From: Octopus sinensis
Taxonomy: Eukaryota
Direction: 5' to 3'
Assembly: GCF_006345805.1 (NCBI RefSeq)
Contig: NC_043017.1
Coordinates: 10,416,001 to 10,480,000 of the forward strand
DNA length: 64,000 nt
Within the stretch, counting starts at the first letter, position 1. Each line of letters opens with the position of its first letter. The notes under the pieces are model-generated. The model did no database searches. It was not told the DNA's origin and saw only the letters and a program-made list of their open reading frames with translations. Positions 24,619 to 38,753 of this stretch are shown here, one piece after another. Made by a program: the position numbers and the translations under genes.

Positions 24619-24643
24619 CTGTGTGTGTGTGTATGTATATATA

Positions 24644-24850
24644 TATTCTTTTATTTGTTTCAGTAATTTGACAGCGACCATGCTGGAGCACAGCCTTTAG
24701 TTGGGCAAATCAACCCCTGGACTTATTCTTTATAAGCCTAGTACTAATTCTATTGATCTCTTTTGCTGAACTGCTAAGTTATGGGGACGTAAATGCACTA
24801 GCATCGGTTGTCAAGTGATGTTGGGGGCACAAACACAAACACACAAGCAT

Positions 24851-24889
<39 letters not shown>

Positions 24890-25050
24890 CAACAAGCTTT
24901 TTTCAGTTTCAGTCTACCAAATCCACTCACAAGGCTTTGGTCAGCCCGAGGTTATAGTACAAGACACCTGCCCAAGGTGCCACATAATAGGATTGAACCC
25001 AGAACCATGTGATTGGTAAGCAAGCTACTTACCACACAGCCACTCCTGCA
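24644..25050 (-). mobile_element. SINE family B
   Basis: Full-length reverse-complement copy. Confidence 0.9.
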
Positions 25051-25127
25051 TATATATATATATATATATACCCCTGGTATTTGAGTACTCTTTTTTCCAC
25101 CTTGTTTCACATTTATGTGTTTACTCC

Positions 25128-25160
<33 letters not shown>

Positions 25161-25383
25161 TCTCTAATTCATTTAATGTTTTTCTATATATATATATATA
25201 TATATATATTCTCTTATTCTTTTAATTGTTTCAGGCATTTGTCTGCACCCATGTGAAGGAGTCGGGCTCCCATTTGGGGGCCTGTGAAATGAAGTAGCAT
25301 GAAACTGAATCAAACTATTTTAAATAATACATGTAACCCCTACTAAATGTGTAGACTGACCTTTTCTTTCATTGGGTCACTCA

Positions 25384-25431
<48 letters not shown>

Positions 25432-25478
25432 CATTCTCATTAACACCTGTGTTAAATATTTATACATACACAAAGGTG

Positions 25479-25513
<35 letters not shown>

Positions 25514-25560
25514 ATAAGTACAATTTTGAAGCTGAAACAGTTTAAAGATTTATATATATG

Positions 25561-25594
<34 letters not shown>

Positions 25595-26160
25595 TGCACA
25601 CACAGTGATGTGTATATTGCAGACTCAGAAATGTGTTATCGCATATTTAATACCAACTCTCAGTGCTGGTGTACTAAGACTACATATAAGCCTGTATATT
25701 TGTATGGGTGTACATGTGTGAGTGTGTATGTGCGCATAAATAAATAGATATATATACACACAGCATAAGACACAAGACCATCATCATCATCATCATCGTC
25801 ATTTAACGTCTGCTCTCCATGCTGGCATGGGTTAGACGGGTTTGACTGGAGCTGAAGAGCTGCACCAGGTTCCACTTCGATTTGGCATGGTTCCTACAAC
25901 TGGATGCTCTTCCTGATGCCAACCATGCAAGGAGTGTAATGGGTGCTTTTACACACCACTGGCACAGGTGCCATTTACATGGCACCAACAGCAACCACAA
26001 CTACAGTTCAAGATATAGTGTGTGTGTGTGTGTATATATTTTATATTTTATATAGTTTCAGTTCACAAGCTGTGGCCATGCTGGGGCACCGCCATTCATA
26101 AAATGAAGTGCCCCAAGGTGTGTGTGTGTGTGTATATATAATATATATATATATATACAC

Positions 26161-26196
<36 letters not shown>

Positions 26197-26214
26197 ATAC
26201 ACTATAACACAGAA

Positions 26215-26264
<50 letters not shown>

Positions 26265-26714
26265 TATGCACACATACGCATACACCTTTGTATTAGTATA
26301 TTTAATTCCCTTTGCAGAGACTTTTGTCATGGCTTAAATTTGTGTTTAATTAGCTATGGACCACTCTCATTAAACAAAATGCTTTATTAAAATGAATTAA
26401 GATGTTCTCTGTGAAGTACATGTCAGCCTATTTTTTGTACATCAATATATATACATCTATGCACACACACACACACACACACACATAGACACACATCGGT
26501 ATAAACATACTTTCACATATACACACACACACACATACATACATATATATACATGCATAGACATACACAATAAACTGCTCCCATACAAGCCCACCACCAC
26601 GCATGTACACATACTTCTAGATTTAAAAAAAAAATCTGGTGCATGTGTGTGTGTGTGTGTGTATGTATAATTGCATGAGAATGTGTATCTGTATATTCTA
26701 CTATTTAGGCATGC

Positions 26715-27015
26715 GTGCACATGTATCTGTGTGTAATTGTGTGTGCATATTTTTGTGTGTTCGGGTATTTAGGTATGTGTGCGTATGTATAAGCATGTGT
26801 GTATATATATATATGTGTGTGTGTGTGCACAATTGCATAATCATATATCTAGAATTAAGATGTGTGCACATGTGTGTTATTGTGTGTGCATATTTTTGTG
26901 TGTTCGGGTATTTAGGTATGTGTGCGTATGTATAAGCATGTGTGTGTATATATATATATGTGTGTGTGTGTGCACAATTGCATAATCATATATGTCAGTA
27001 TCTTCTAGAATTAAG
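26715..27015. repeat. Tandem duplication of about 140 bp within (TG)-rich DNA
   Basis: TGTGTGTGCATATTTTTGTGTGTTCGGGTATTTAGGTATG...GCACAATTGCATAATCATATAT occurs twice. Confidence 0.9.
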
Positions 27016-27725
27016 ATGTATGCACATGCGTTTATGTGTATGCGTGTGCATGTATACATACACGTGTGTGTGTGTTTACCAGTTCATATGTATGTTACGT
27101 GTATAAAATATGAATAAAAAAAATCAAGAGTGGGCCGACAATTGGCAACCAACCACCCGACCAGCCAGCCAGCCAGCCAGCCTGCCTGCCAACCAACAAG
27201 ACAGGAGGACTGTTATGTGATCCAACCATTGTGTGTGTTACACACCATTCATATCTAATACTCTACTGACTGCTGTCCTACTAACTCAACATCAGCCTTA
27301 TGTTTCACACACACACACACACACACACCACACACACACACAGACACACACAGATATATTGTACATACAAAAACACACGTTTACACATACGCACAAGCTA
27401 TATAAGTACAGGCTTACATACACACACACACAAATACACATATGCATACACACACACATATACATATTGTATATACTCACACATACGCATGCATAAAGAC
27501 CCAACTACATACAAAAAGACATGTACATATACACAGGTTCACACACACACACACACACGCATTTATGCAACTTACGTATGATCCTACATACACACCCCTG
27601 CACACATACACATACATACATACATACACGCACATACGTATAAACACATCTAGAGAGGTACATTTAAAAATTTTTCTACATACAAATACAACTATCTTCA
27701 TGTATATATGAGTGTGTGTGTGTGT

Positions 27726-27777
<52 letters not shown>

Positions 27778-30374
27778 ATGTATGTGTATATACAGAGACA
27801 GACAGACAGACAAACATAAACATACAATACACAAAAACATCCAAAGAAACGCATACATAACTTCACATACACACACACACATCTATGTATACCCCTATGT
27901 ATAGACATATTGTAATTTCTATTCCCTCACACACCCACACACACACACAACACTAAGTATTGGTCCACACAGACATACAAGTCCAAAACACACACACACG
28001 TATAACCACACTGTGCTGGATCTCTATGCCACACATACACACCATACTTGTCTATTTGATTATTTAGTCCTTAGTATTTTGTTGTGGGTCCTCCCCCACG
28101 TTGTTTTTTTACCTCCTACTACTACTACTCGTCGCTGTTTCAGTGGGGGGAAACAAGGCACCATGCCGAGAGTGGAGAAATGAATAGTCATCTGTTCTAT
28201 CACACCTCTTGTAACCAGAGCCACAGATGGCGGGAGTAGTGTTAGCAGTGTCAGTGGTGGTGTGGTGTGATTGTGGTGGTGGTGGCGGCAATTACTTTGG
28301 CAGTGGACAAGAAGGAAAGTATCATGGAAAAATGGGAAGAGTAAGAGAGATAAGAAAAGAGTGATATAGACAGGTAAGGAAACTCGGACAGAGCCAGGCA
28401 GCAAGTTCTCTAGTGTCCTCTTCAACTTCTCTCCTCTTCCTTTGGCCCTTTCCACCCTTTCACAACCCCTACACACACACACACAGAGCCAGTACCCATC
28501 CTAAGGCATGGCCATCCTGGATTCCTGGTTAATCACCTGGAGAGAACCTATGGATCTAGGAGCCCCAATGTTCAATGAATGAATACTATAGGCCCTAGCA
28601 GTGAGTTGCTTTGCTTGGGCAGGGGAGGGGGAGATGATGCTATAAAGAGGGATCTGCTCTTCTCTCTTTTTCTTCCTCTCTCTCTTACACTATCTCCTTC
28701 AGAAATTTACATATACACATACAGTGCACACTCTCTCTCTCTCTCTCTTTGCAAACCCCACACTCTTTCACTCATCCTTCCCTGCACCGCCAACCCACAA
28801 TCACTATCACCATCACAACTACCCCCACCCCTACTCTCGACCTCCCACACTCGGTCCCCCCCCCCCGGCTTCCCTCTTTCCAACACCTTTTCCTCACATC
28901 TTTCCACACTCAATCACATTTTCCACTTAGGATGGGGAGGGGTTTCACTCATTCTCCCTATGATCCACTATTTTCTACAACCACCCTGATACATTCTCTT
29001 TATCCCCACCTCCCTTCTTATTCTGTCCATACCCAGCTACTTCCCCCACACACACACACACACTAACACCCACACCCACTTTCTCCCATTCACCTTTTCC
29101 TCACAGCCTTTCTCAGCAACCCCTCCCTCTCCACCCTACTACTCATATTAACAAAATACCCCACCCCCACCCGAAACTACTGATTGTTCGGGGTAGGTGG
29201 GTGGGTAGGTAGGTAGGTACCGGGAGATGGCTAGTGCAGGGTAAATAAAATATGATGGGTTTTTAAGCTTGGGTTCCCAACAAATTGGATCTATTCAATA
29301 GAAACCCCACCCCATCCCTCATCCTCCACCACACACTTGAGAAAATGGTAAAATAATGGCAGCATTGGGGTGGGTTAGGTCGGCGATGAGGGGTGGAAGG
29401 AGAGGAGAGTGAGTGTGAGGGTAGTAGTGGCAGGAGAGGAGGGAGAAGATGGTTGTGGGGGTGGGGTACGATGATATGGAGAGCAGTAGAGGTGCAGAGC
29501 AATAGCTTGGCTGGGGATGGGTGGCATATGGCAGAGGCTGGTGGCAAGCAGAGATTAGGGGGTTGGAAAGCAAATCTTAGTTCTTTGGCTTCCACAAGTG
29601 GTTGCCGCCATAAAGTAGTGGAGTGGAGGAAGAATGGGGAGGAAGAGGAGCTGGGTGTAATAATTGGTGGAGTGTCTCAAGGAACTTGGTTGGGCTATGA
29701 AAACACAAGGGGGCGGAGCAGGTGTGCTGGAGTGTTGTTGTTGCTGGTAGTGGGGTGGGGTCCACGGGTGGGGTGGGGGCAGGAGAGTGGAGGGAAGATG
29801 CATGAAGCATTAAGATTAGGGAGTACTCTCTCTCCCACCCTTCAAACACCACCACCATCACCACCACCTCCACCACCCTGTCACCTGCAGAGAGGGAGAG
29901 GGTGAACTATTGTGTATGTATGTAACAACAACAGGGTGGATTAAGCTGGCTGAAAGAGAGAGAGAGGGGGAGAGGGAGAGAGAGTCAGACAAACAGAGAC
30001 TGAAAGAGAGAGAGAGAAAGAATCAGAGATTGTTGCTGTTATTGCTGGTGGTGGTATACGATAGTCCTCTCCGTTATCTGAGATCTGGGGTGGAAAAGTA
30101 GAAGAGATGGGCGGGTGGGTGGTGGTGGTGGTAATGGAGTGAAAATGAAATGATGCTTCACTTGTGGAAAATTGGTTGGAAGTCTTCAGATATTGCGATT
30201 AATATTAAATGTTTTAGAGGTATAAAACAGGGAAGGGCAAGGAAAACTCATAAACATAAAGAGCAAATAGTAATAATAATAATAATTGCATCTGATTTAG
30301 GGACAAGGGCAGAGGTTTTGAGAGGAAGGTTGATACCATGAACTGCCACCCCCTTCCCAGTATTTGACTGGTAC

Positions 30375-30608
30375 AAGGCGGCAGGCTGGCAGAAACGTTA
30401 GCACGCCGGGCGAAATGCTTAGCCGTATTTCGTCTGCCGTTACGTTCTGAGTTCAAATTCCGCCGAGGTCGACTTTCTCTTTCATCCTTCCGGGGTCGAT
30501 TAAATAAGTACCAGTTACGCACTGGAGTCGATGTAATCGACTTAATACCTATGTCTGTCCTTGTTTGTCCCCTCTGTGTTTAGCCCCTTGTGGGTAGTAA
30601 AGAAATAG
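30375..30608 (+). mobile_element. SINE family A with 15-bp TSD, nested in an older SINE
   Basis: GTATTTGACTGGTAC at 30360-30374 and 30609-30623. Confidence 0.92.
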
Positions 30609-30805
30609 GTATTTGACTGGTACTTGATTTTACCTATCTTGAAAGGATGAAAAGCAAAGTTGACCCCAGCAGAATTTGAACTTGGAATGTAATGAGTCAG
30701 AAGAAATACAGCAAAGCATTTTGGGGGCAACTGTCAAATGATCGTAACTGTAGATAAGCTTCCGAGCATTCACATAGTCAGAAATATTGTTTCTTTAGGG
30801 CTTAA

Positions 30806-31011
30806 CCCTTTCGTTACCAACCCGGCTGAAACCGGCTCTGGCTCTGAGTACAAATGTCTTGTTTTCATAAGTTTTGAATTAAAATCTTCCACCAAACCTT
30901 GGTCACAATTTATGTTCCTATCATAACTAAGTTATTTTACTAAATTCTTTGTAATTGAAAGTAATTGAAAGAAACACAGAGCCTCTCAAAATAAATACAG
31001 TAACTAAAGGG
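30806..31011. mobile_element. piggyBac-type MITE (second family)
   Basis: TTAA|CCCTTTCGTTAC...GTAACTAAAGGG|TTAA. Confidence 0.8.
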
Positions 31012-31489
31012 TTAATCCTAAGAAGGGTGGGGGTTCAATTAGTAACTCACAATCTTTGGAAGATATGGATGTGTGGTTAAGAAGTTTGTCTCACAATTAC
31101 ATAATCCCCAGTTCAATCTCATTCTGTGGCGCTTATACCAAGTGTTGCCAACCATGTTTTTGTTAGCTTTAGGAAGGGCATCCAGCCTTAAAAATAAAAC
31201 CACATCAAAAAAGACAGCTGAGCTTGGTGCAGTTGTCTGATTTGTGGGTTCTTGTCAAACCATCCTGCCCATGCTAGCTTGGAAAAACAAACATCAAACG
31301 ATGATGATGATGATGATCTTCGGGATGATCAATGCCATGTAAATGCAATTTGGTAGATGGAAAATGTGCAGAAGCCCTCTGTGTGCAAGGGTGTATTCAC
31401 ATGGAATCGTAACAACATATTGACACTCTACATCCCTTTTCAGTGATATTGTGCATAAATTTGCATACTAAACTAAAACTAACCTAAAA

Positions 31490-31810
31490 GGAACTCCGTC
31501 ACTAACGATGACGAGGATTCTAGTTGATCCGATCAACGGAACTGCCTGCTCCTGAAATTAATGTGCAAGTGGCTGAGTACTCCACAGCCACACATACCCT
31601 TGACGTAATTCTCAGGGAGACCCAGTGTGACACAGAATGTAACAAGACTGACCCACTGAGATACAGGTACTACTCGTTTGTGCCTGCTGAAGGGACTGGA
31701 GCAACGTGAAATAAAGTGTCTTGCTCAAGGACACAACAAGCCACCTGGAATTGAACTCATGACCTTTACGACTGTGAGCCAAATACTCAAACCACCAAGT
31801 CAAGCACCTT
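31490..31810 (-). mobile_element. SINE with tail type 1 on a different head
   Basis: Tail aligns to C1/C2; head carries a GTGTCCTTGAGCAAGACACTT segment instead. Confidence 0.7.
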
Positions 31811-31882
31811 CACACATGCACACACTGCAGCACTTATAGTGATGATGTGTATGTGTGTGTGTGTGTGTATGTGTGTGCTTAT

Positions 31883-32122
31883 ATATTTCTTTATTGCCCA
31901 CGGGGCAGGGGGGCTAAGCATAAAGGGGACAAACAAGGACAGACAAAGAGATTAAGTCGATTACATTGACCCCAGTGCGTAACTGGTACTCATTTAATCG
32001 ACCCCGAAAGGATGAAAGGCAAAGTCGACCTCGGCGGAATTTGAACTCAGGACATAATGGCAGACGAAATACTGCTAAGCATTTTGCCCGGTGTGCTAAC
32101 GATTCTGCCAGCTCACCACCTT
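31883..32122 (-). mobile_element. SINE family A
   Basis: Same core and tail. Confidence 0.88.
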
Positions 32123-32846
32123 GTGTGTTTATAATATAGTGACACTATGTATAATAGCCATATAAGAGCACAAGGTCTGTGTATATAATGTATATACAAC
32201 AGCAAAGTCACTGTACTTCAATGTATACATAACAGGACTGTCATATTACATGATGTATAGATAAGAGTGCAAATAGTACAGTGACACGATGTAATGCATT
32301 TAAAATGATATACAATAATAGTGTTTTATATACACCATTATATGTAGATATATACCCACATATATACACACACTATCTTCCATCTTTTACTTGTTTTAGT
32401 TACTGGACTGTGGTCATACTGGGGCAGAACCTTGAAGGGTTTTAGTTGAATAAGCGAACCCCAGAACTTATTTTTAAGTCTGGTGCTTACTCTGTCAGTG
32501 GTGGTGGTGGTGGTGGGGGGGGGGCAAATATAAAGGCATACATACACAATGGGCAATCAAATCCACACTCACAAGGTATTGTTTGGCCCAGGGCTATAGT
32601 AGAAGATACTTGCACAAGGTGCCACACAGTCGGATTGAAACCCAAATCACATTGCTGCAAAGCAAGCTTCTTATTCACACAGCAATACACGCACAGAATG
32701 TATTTCTAACTTTGGCACGAAGGTCACAGAATTGATAGCAGAGGGCTGATTGACTAAATCGACTCATAATGACTGATTGATTGACTAAAGCGACCCCTAA
32801 TATCTGAAAAGGCAACATTAGCCTTAGCGAAATTTAAGCTCAGGAA

Positions 32847-33102
32847 TCATCATCATCATCATCATCATCATCGTTTAACGTCCGTTTTCCATGCTAGCAT
32901 GGGTTGGACGGTTCAACTGGGGTCTGGGAAGCCAGAAGGCTGCGCCAGGCCCAGTCTGATCTGGCAGTGTTTCTAAGGCTGGATGCCCTTCCTAACGCCA
33001 ACCACTCCGTGAGTGTAGTGGGTGCTTTTTACGTGCCACCTGCACAGGTGCCAGACAAGGCTGGCAAACGGCCACGATCGGATGGTGCTTTTTATGTGCC
33101 AC
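32847..33102 (-). mobile_element. SINE-like family D ((GAT)n tail, GGCGTTAGGAAGGGCATCCAGC motif)
   Basis: Near-identical copies at 51209-51470 and 59073-59336; decayed copies near 5810, 11750, 11960, 19100, 20815, 25780, 31150, 46950 and 50410. Confidence 0.85.
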
Positions 33103-33179
33103 GCATATAAATATAAGTTTAAGATTAAAGGATAATAAGAGAGAGAGAAGCAAGTAAAAAGGGAGAAATGGGGAGAGAG

Positions 33180-33216
<37 letters not shown>

Positions 33217-34179
33217 GTGTAGCTTTGTTGGGGGAGGGGGACTTCAATAGATTATTTTTTTTGCTTTTCTTTTTTTTGAAGCCTCGTTTATGACATTCTT
33301 GTCTGCCCCTCAGATTCACAATTCCCACATCTGCTACAAATAAATAAAAAATACCTTTTATATGGCATCAAATAATCATATTTGATCTTAGTTCTTCTCT
33401 TCCTTTCTTTTCTTTCTTTTGTTTTTGGCATTTCAGACTCAGGGGCACTTGAGAAACAATATGACCTCCACTTGAAGTGGTTGGAGAGCGTATTTTATAT
33501 CATTATATATGTAGGTGATTGGCGGCGAGTGGAGGTGGAAGGGGTGGGTTGATCCAACTGTGGGTGAGTGTGTGGGGATCGAAGGTGTGAAGAGGGGTAG
33601 GAAAAAAGAGACAAACTTGAATGATGCAATAGAACAGGCCCACCTCCTTCCCTTTTTATGTTTTCCTCTCTATTCAACTTCATCATTAACATCACTTCTG
33701 TCTGTCTGTCTGTCTATCTCTAGTAATGGTTTTCAACTGGAACCTATATGACCCTAGGTGGGGGTCGTCATAAGGCCCTAGAATTTATGTGCAACCAACT
33801 GGTTGTCCTCTGCGAAGCCATGTTGAGACAGTGTTGCAGAGCAGGCTGAGCAATCCAGTAGGATCTCAAGCTCAAAAATTCACGACCTCCACATCAGACT
33901 GTGGTTGGGTGGAGAGAACGTGCTGAGGCCTTCGTCCTGCAATGGGCTGGAAGAACAGAGGCAATCCAACCCAATCCAAAACTGGTTGTGCTTCTACAAC
34001 ACACAAAATATTTCTGCATTTCGCAATACAATTCTGAATAATATTCAATTCTAATAAAATATAATTAGATTTTTTTTTCAACATTGAATGGCTATGAGGG
34101 TCCACCCAAGTAGAATAGGAATCAGAAGGGGTCAATGTAATTGACTTAGCCATTTCCTCAACATGGTTGGTTTGTGCAG

Positions 34180-34790
34180 AGCAGAATCATTAGCACACCA
34201 AACAAAACAGCAACAATGTTTCTGTCTTTATGTTCTGAGTTCAACTTTGCCTTTCATCCTTTCGGGGTCGATAAAATAAGAACCAGTTGAACATTGAGGG
34301 TCGATGTGATTGACTCAACCCCTTCCCCAAAATTGCTGCCCTTGTGGTAAAATTTGAAATTGTTATTATTGTTTTTATTATTATAACGCTTAACAGTATT
34401 TCACTCATTGCTACATTCCTAGTTCAAATCCCACCGAGGTCAACTTTGCCTTTCATTCTTTTGGGGGGTCGATAAAATAAGTACTGGTTGAGCACTGGGA
34501 GGTCAACGTGATTGACTAACCCCTTTCCCCATAAATTTTAGACTTTGTGCCTTTAGTAGAAAGAATTATTATTATTAGGCATCGAGCTGGCAGAATCGTT
34601 AGCATGCCAGACAAAATGCTTAGCAGCATTTTCACGTTCTGAGTTCAAATACCACCAGAGGTTGACTTTGCCTTTCATCCTTTCGGGGTCAATAAATTAA
34701 GTACCTGTGAAACAGTGACGTCGATGGAATCAACTTGCCCTCCTCCCCCAAATTTCAGGCCTTGTACCTTTAATAGAAAGGATTATTATT
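34180..34790 (+). mobile_element. Three head-to-tail SINE A' copies (alternative tail ending in (TTA)n)
   Basis: Core repeated at about 34245, 34440 and 34665; each copy follows the previous copy's (TTA)n tail. Confidence 0.8.
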
Positions 34791-35760
34791 ATTGTTTTTG
34801 ATAAGTAAAACTTAGATCCGAGTAAACATTTGTATTAACCCCTTAACGAGTTAAAAATAGGAGGAATCTTAAAATAGATTAAACACACCTGCTCCCTCTC
34901 TCTTTACCCTTGCATACACAAAAACACACACACACACTCTCAGACACATACATCCGGCTCTCTCTGTCACATATAAACTTACACTTTTTCTTTCCCCACA
35001 CATACACACTCTCTTTCTCTCTCTCACACACACACACACACAGACACACTCTTTCAAACACACACATACCTACACACACAAACACTATCTCATTCTCACA
35101 CTCTCCCTCAAACACACACACACGTACCCTCTCTCTCTCTCTCTCTCTTACACACACACACATACACACACACAACCAAGTCAAATTTGAACTAGATTTC
35201 AATCAAATATTACGAGATAAAAGAAATATTTATAGGTATGAAGTATAGTTTATAAAAAAAACAACAATAACAATACTAAATCGAAAACAAACAGTTGAAC
35301 AAAGGTGGGAGGGAAAATAACACCACAACAAAACAACAACAACAACAACAACAACAACACTACAACATTTTGGAGATTAGAATGGGGGGAGGGGGGAACC
35401 AGATAATAATAAGGTTAGATTTATGTAAGCCACTCATGTAAGGAGAAGAGCAGCAAATGCTGAGGTAACACTATTGGATGTGGAGATAAAGTTATAAGGT
35501 TACTTGGGTGTGTGGTTAGGAGATCCTGCTTTACGACTGTGGGAATCTAGGTTCAGTCCCACTGGGGAGGTGGGTGAGGTGGAGTGTGCAGCTGGTGGTG
35601 GGCGTTGGTGCCTTCCACCATGGCTGCAGATCGATAAACGCCTCACAAACCAAATCTGAGGAACTTGATACTGTGGAGAAAATGTGTGTGTGAGTGTAAT
35701 ATATGTGTGCATGTGTGTGTGTGTGTGTACGCATATACATACATGCACTTATATACTCAG

Positions 35761-35865
35761 TATTGCTACAGTTGTTTCATTAGGAGTTTCCATTTTAATG
35801 TAAGCAGAATACAATTAATTAGATTGTGTAATATGTTAAATAAGCTACCAACTCATCAGGCAACA
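35761..35865 (-). ncRNA. Type I hammerhead-like motif, canonical CUGAUGA core
   Basis: Minus strand TGTTGC-CTGATGA-GTTGGTAGCTT...AAACTCCTAAT-GAAA-CAACTG-T-A-GCAATA. Stem I 6 bp, stem II about 11 bp with 2 mismatches, GUA site. Confidence 0.75.
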
Positions 35866-36457
35866 ACATGGATGATGATGATGTATATATAAGACGGAAA
35901 CTGAAAGAAGCCCGTCATATATTTATATATGTATGTGTGTGTTTGTTATTTGTGCCTGTGTTTGTCGCCACATCATCACTTTACCAATGTTGGTGTGTTT
36001 ATGTCCCCGTAACTTAGCAGTTAGGCAAAAGAGACTAATAGAATAAGTACTAGGCTTACAAAGAGTAAGTCCTAGGGTCGATTTGTTCGACTAAAGGTGG
36101 TGCCCCAGCATGGCAGTCACATGAATGAAACAAGTAAAAGAATAAAAAAATTAAAAGAATATATATATATATAAGAGGACTCCCTTCAGTCAGGAATGAC
36201 CAGGGGATTGCACCTACACACACACACACATGTTATCATCATCATTAATGACCCCCTTTTCCATGTTTGCATGGCTCAGAGAAAATTTATTGAAGCAGAT
36301 TTTCTAAGGCCAGATACCAGTCCTGTCTCCAATCCTCACCTGTTTCCAAGCAAGGCAATATTTCCCAATGGCCAGATTGGCTTCTGCAGAATATTAGAAA
36401 CAAACGACAGAGCTTGTATGAGGGTTGCACTCACAACTATCAAGTAATCTGCACGCA

Positions 36458-36492
<35 letters not shown>

Positions 36493-36494
<2 letters not shown>

Positions 36495-36835
36495 GCCATG
36501 TGTTGAGAGGGATTCTTTGGAGTTTGAATAATACACCTCTGGAAACACGGGTGTTTTGTTCAACATCCTTAAACAACACTTATTCAGGTAACTTTTGAGC
36601 GGGATGGGTTACTCGACCAGAAGAAAATTCTAATTGGGCCCTACCTGCAAGGCCATGTGCTGTTTATCTTGATATGAGATCACCATGTTGCGCACATATG
36701 GTTGTGATGCATGTGCCTAGTGCACCCTTATCAGACAGGTAGTCATGATGGGTATATTGGGCTTTGTATATTTTACCCCAGTGTCACTTTGATGGCATGC
36801 ACTGCTCTCTCACTCAATAATAATAATAATAATAA
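36493..36835 (+). mobile_element. Retroposon-like family E with (AAT)n tail
   Basis: Reverse complement of 61265-61607; ends CTCTCTCACTCAATAATAATAAT. Confidence 0.8.
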
Positions 36836-36878
36836 TGATGATGATGATGATGAATGATGATGATGATGATGATGATGA

Positions 36879-36923
<45 letters not shown>

Positions 36924-38287
36924 AATAATAATAATAATAATAATAATCCTTTCTAGTATAAACACAAGGCCTGAAATTTTGGTGGGTTGGGGGGGGACAG
37001 GTAGAGCTAGTTTGTTATATCGACCCTAGTACTCAACAGGTACTTATTTCATTGACTCCCAAAAAGATGGAAGTCAACCTCAGTAAAATTTGAACTCAGA
37101 ATGTAAAGAGCTGGAAGAAATGCCACTAAGGGTTTTGCCTGGTTTGCTAAAGATTCTGCTGAAAATTCTTGCCTTAATAATAATGGTTTCTGATCAAAGC
37201 AGAAGAGCAAGAATTTTTTTGAAGGGAAATAGAACTATACCATCAATCCTAGTCCTTGACAGCTACTTTTTTTCTGCCAAACCAAAAATGATAAAATGCC
37301 ATGATAACCTCAGCAGGATTTGAGCTCAGGACATAAAGACCCACATCAAATGGTGCAAAGCATTTTTTTTTACCAATGGTCTAAGCAACACTATCAGCTC
37401 CAACAACAAACAGTCATCACTCACAAGCAAGTACATCTTCATAGTACCATTCTTATGATTTCTGTGACTGTCATGAGTGCCTGTGTACTTTGTGGGAAGA
37501 TGACGTAGGCAACCTGTCAGCTGCCACCACCATCCATGAGCCAAAAGAACAGCCGGATGTGAAAGCTGGAGTTGAGGTGGAGGTTGGGGGAAAGGAGGAC
37601 TGTGTCACCACTCTGAGTAATAGCTGAGTCAACTGAAGCGATGAGAAATGAAGGGCCTTGCTCAAGGACCATGATCCACCCAATCTTTGGGATTAAACTC
37701 CAAATTTTTATGATTATGAGCCCAAGATCTTTAAACACTGGTCCGGGGGTGGGGAGATGAAGGGGGGGGATAAAACGGAAAAGAAAAAGAGAAAACGAAT
37801 GAGGGAGAGTTAAAGAGAGAGAGGATGAGAAAGAAAGATAAAGAAAAAAGGAGAGAAGGAAAGAGAGAGAGGATGGGAGATATAGAGAAAGAAGGGAAGG
37901 AAAGAGAAAAAGCGGAAGAGAGAGAGTGGTGGGGAGAGATAAAGAAAGAGGGAAGGAGTAAGCGAGCAAGAAAAAAAGAAATAAAAAAGAAAACAGAGAA
38001 AGAAAGAAAGAAAAAAAGGGAAGGGAGAAGGAAGAAGAAAGAAAAAAACAGAAAAAGCAAGAAGAAAGAGAAGAGAGGAAGATAGAAAGGAGAAAGAAGA
38101 AATGAAAGATGGTGAGGTAAACAGCTGAGTCAGCTGTTTGTGGGGGGTGGGAGAGCGAAGAAGAAAAGTGGCTGTCTTCTGGTCAAAATTCCTACCAAAT
38201 AGAACTAAGTTGGTTGGTTTAGAACACTCCAAGACATTCCATCAAATGGTTTTCAGTGCACAGTCTGTGTCTGGCTGTCATATATAC

Positions 38288-38333
<46 letters not shown>

Positions 38334-38382
38334 CACACACACACATACATACATATATACATACATATATATATACACACAC

Positions 38383-38415
<33 letters not shown>

Positions 38416-38509
38416 TACACACACATACATACACATATACATATATGTGTATGATTATATACACTCTTTCTCTCTCTCTCTAAATACATTTATATATATA
38501 TATACATAT

Positions 38510-38554
<45 letters not shown>

Positions 38555-38633
38555 GCATGTATATATTGGCATTTATGTGTGTAGATATATGTATATATAT
38601 ATATGTAAGTATGTGTGTATATATATGTATGTA

Positions 38634-38688
<55 letters not shown>

Positions 38689-38717
38689 ACATATATATAT
38701 ATATGTATATATATAGA

Positions 38718-38753
<36 letters not shown>

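Noticed and set aside
25250-25310. GC-rich hairpin followed by GAAA (possible decayed hammerhead)
   Set aside because: Core and stems I and III cannot be assigned without several ad hoc changes.
27130-27195. (CCAG)n motif resembling the reverse complement of 63130-63180
   Set aside because: The similarity is confined to low-complexity tetranucleotide repeat.
29393-29905. 170-aa G/W/E-rich ORF
   Set aside because: A product of purine-rich low-complexity sequence; no splice or domain support.
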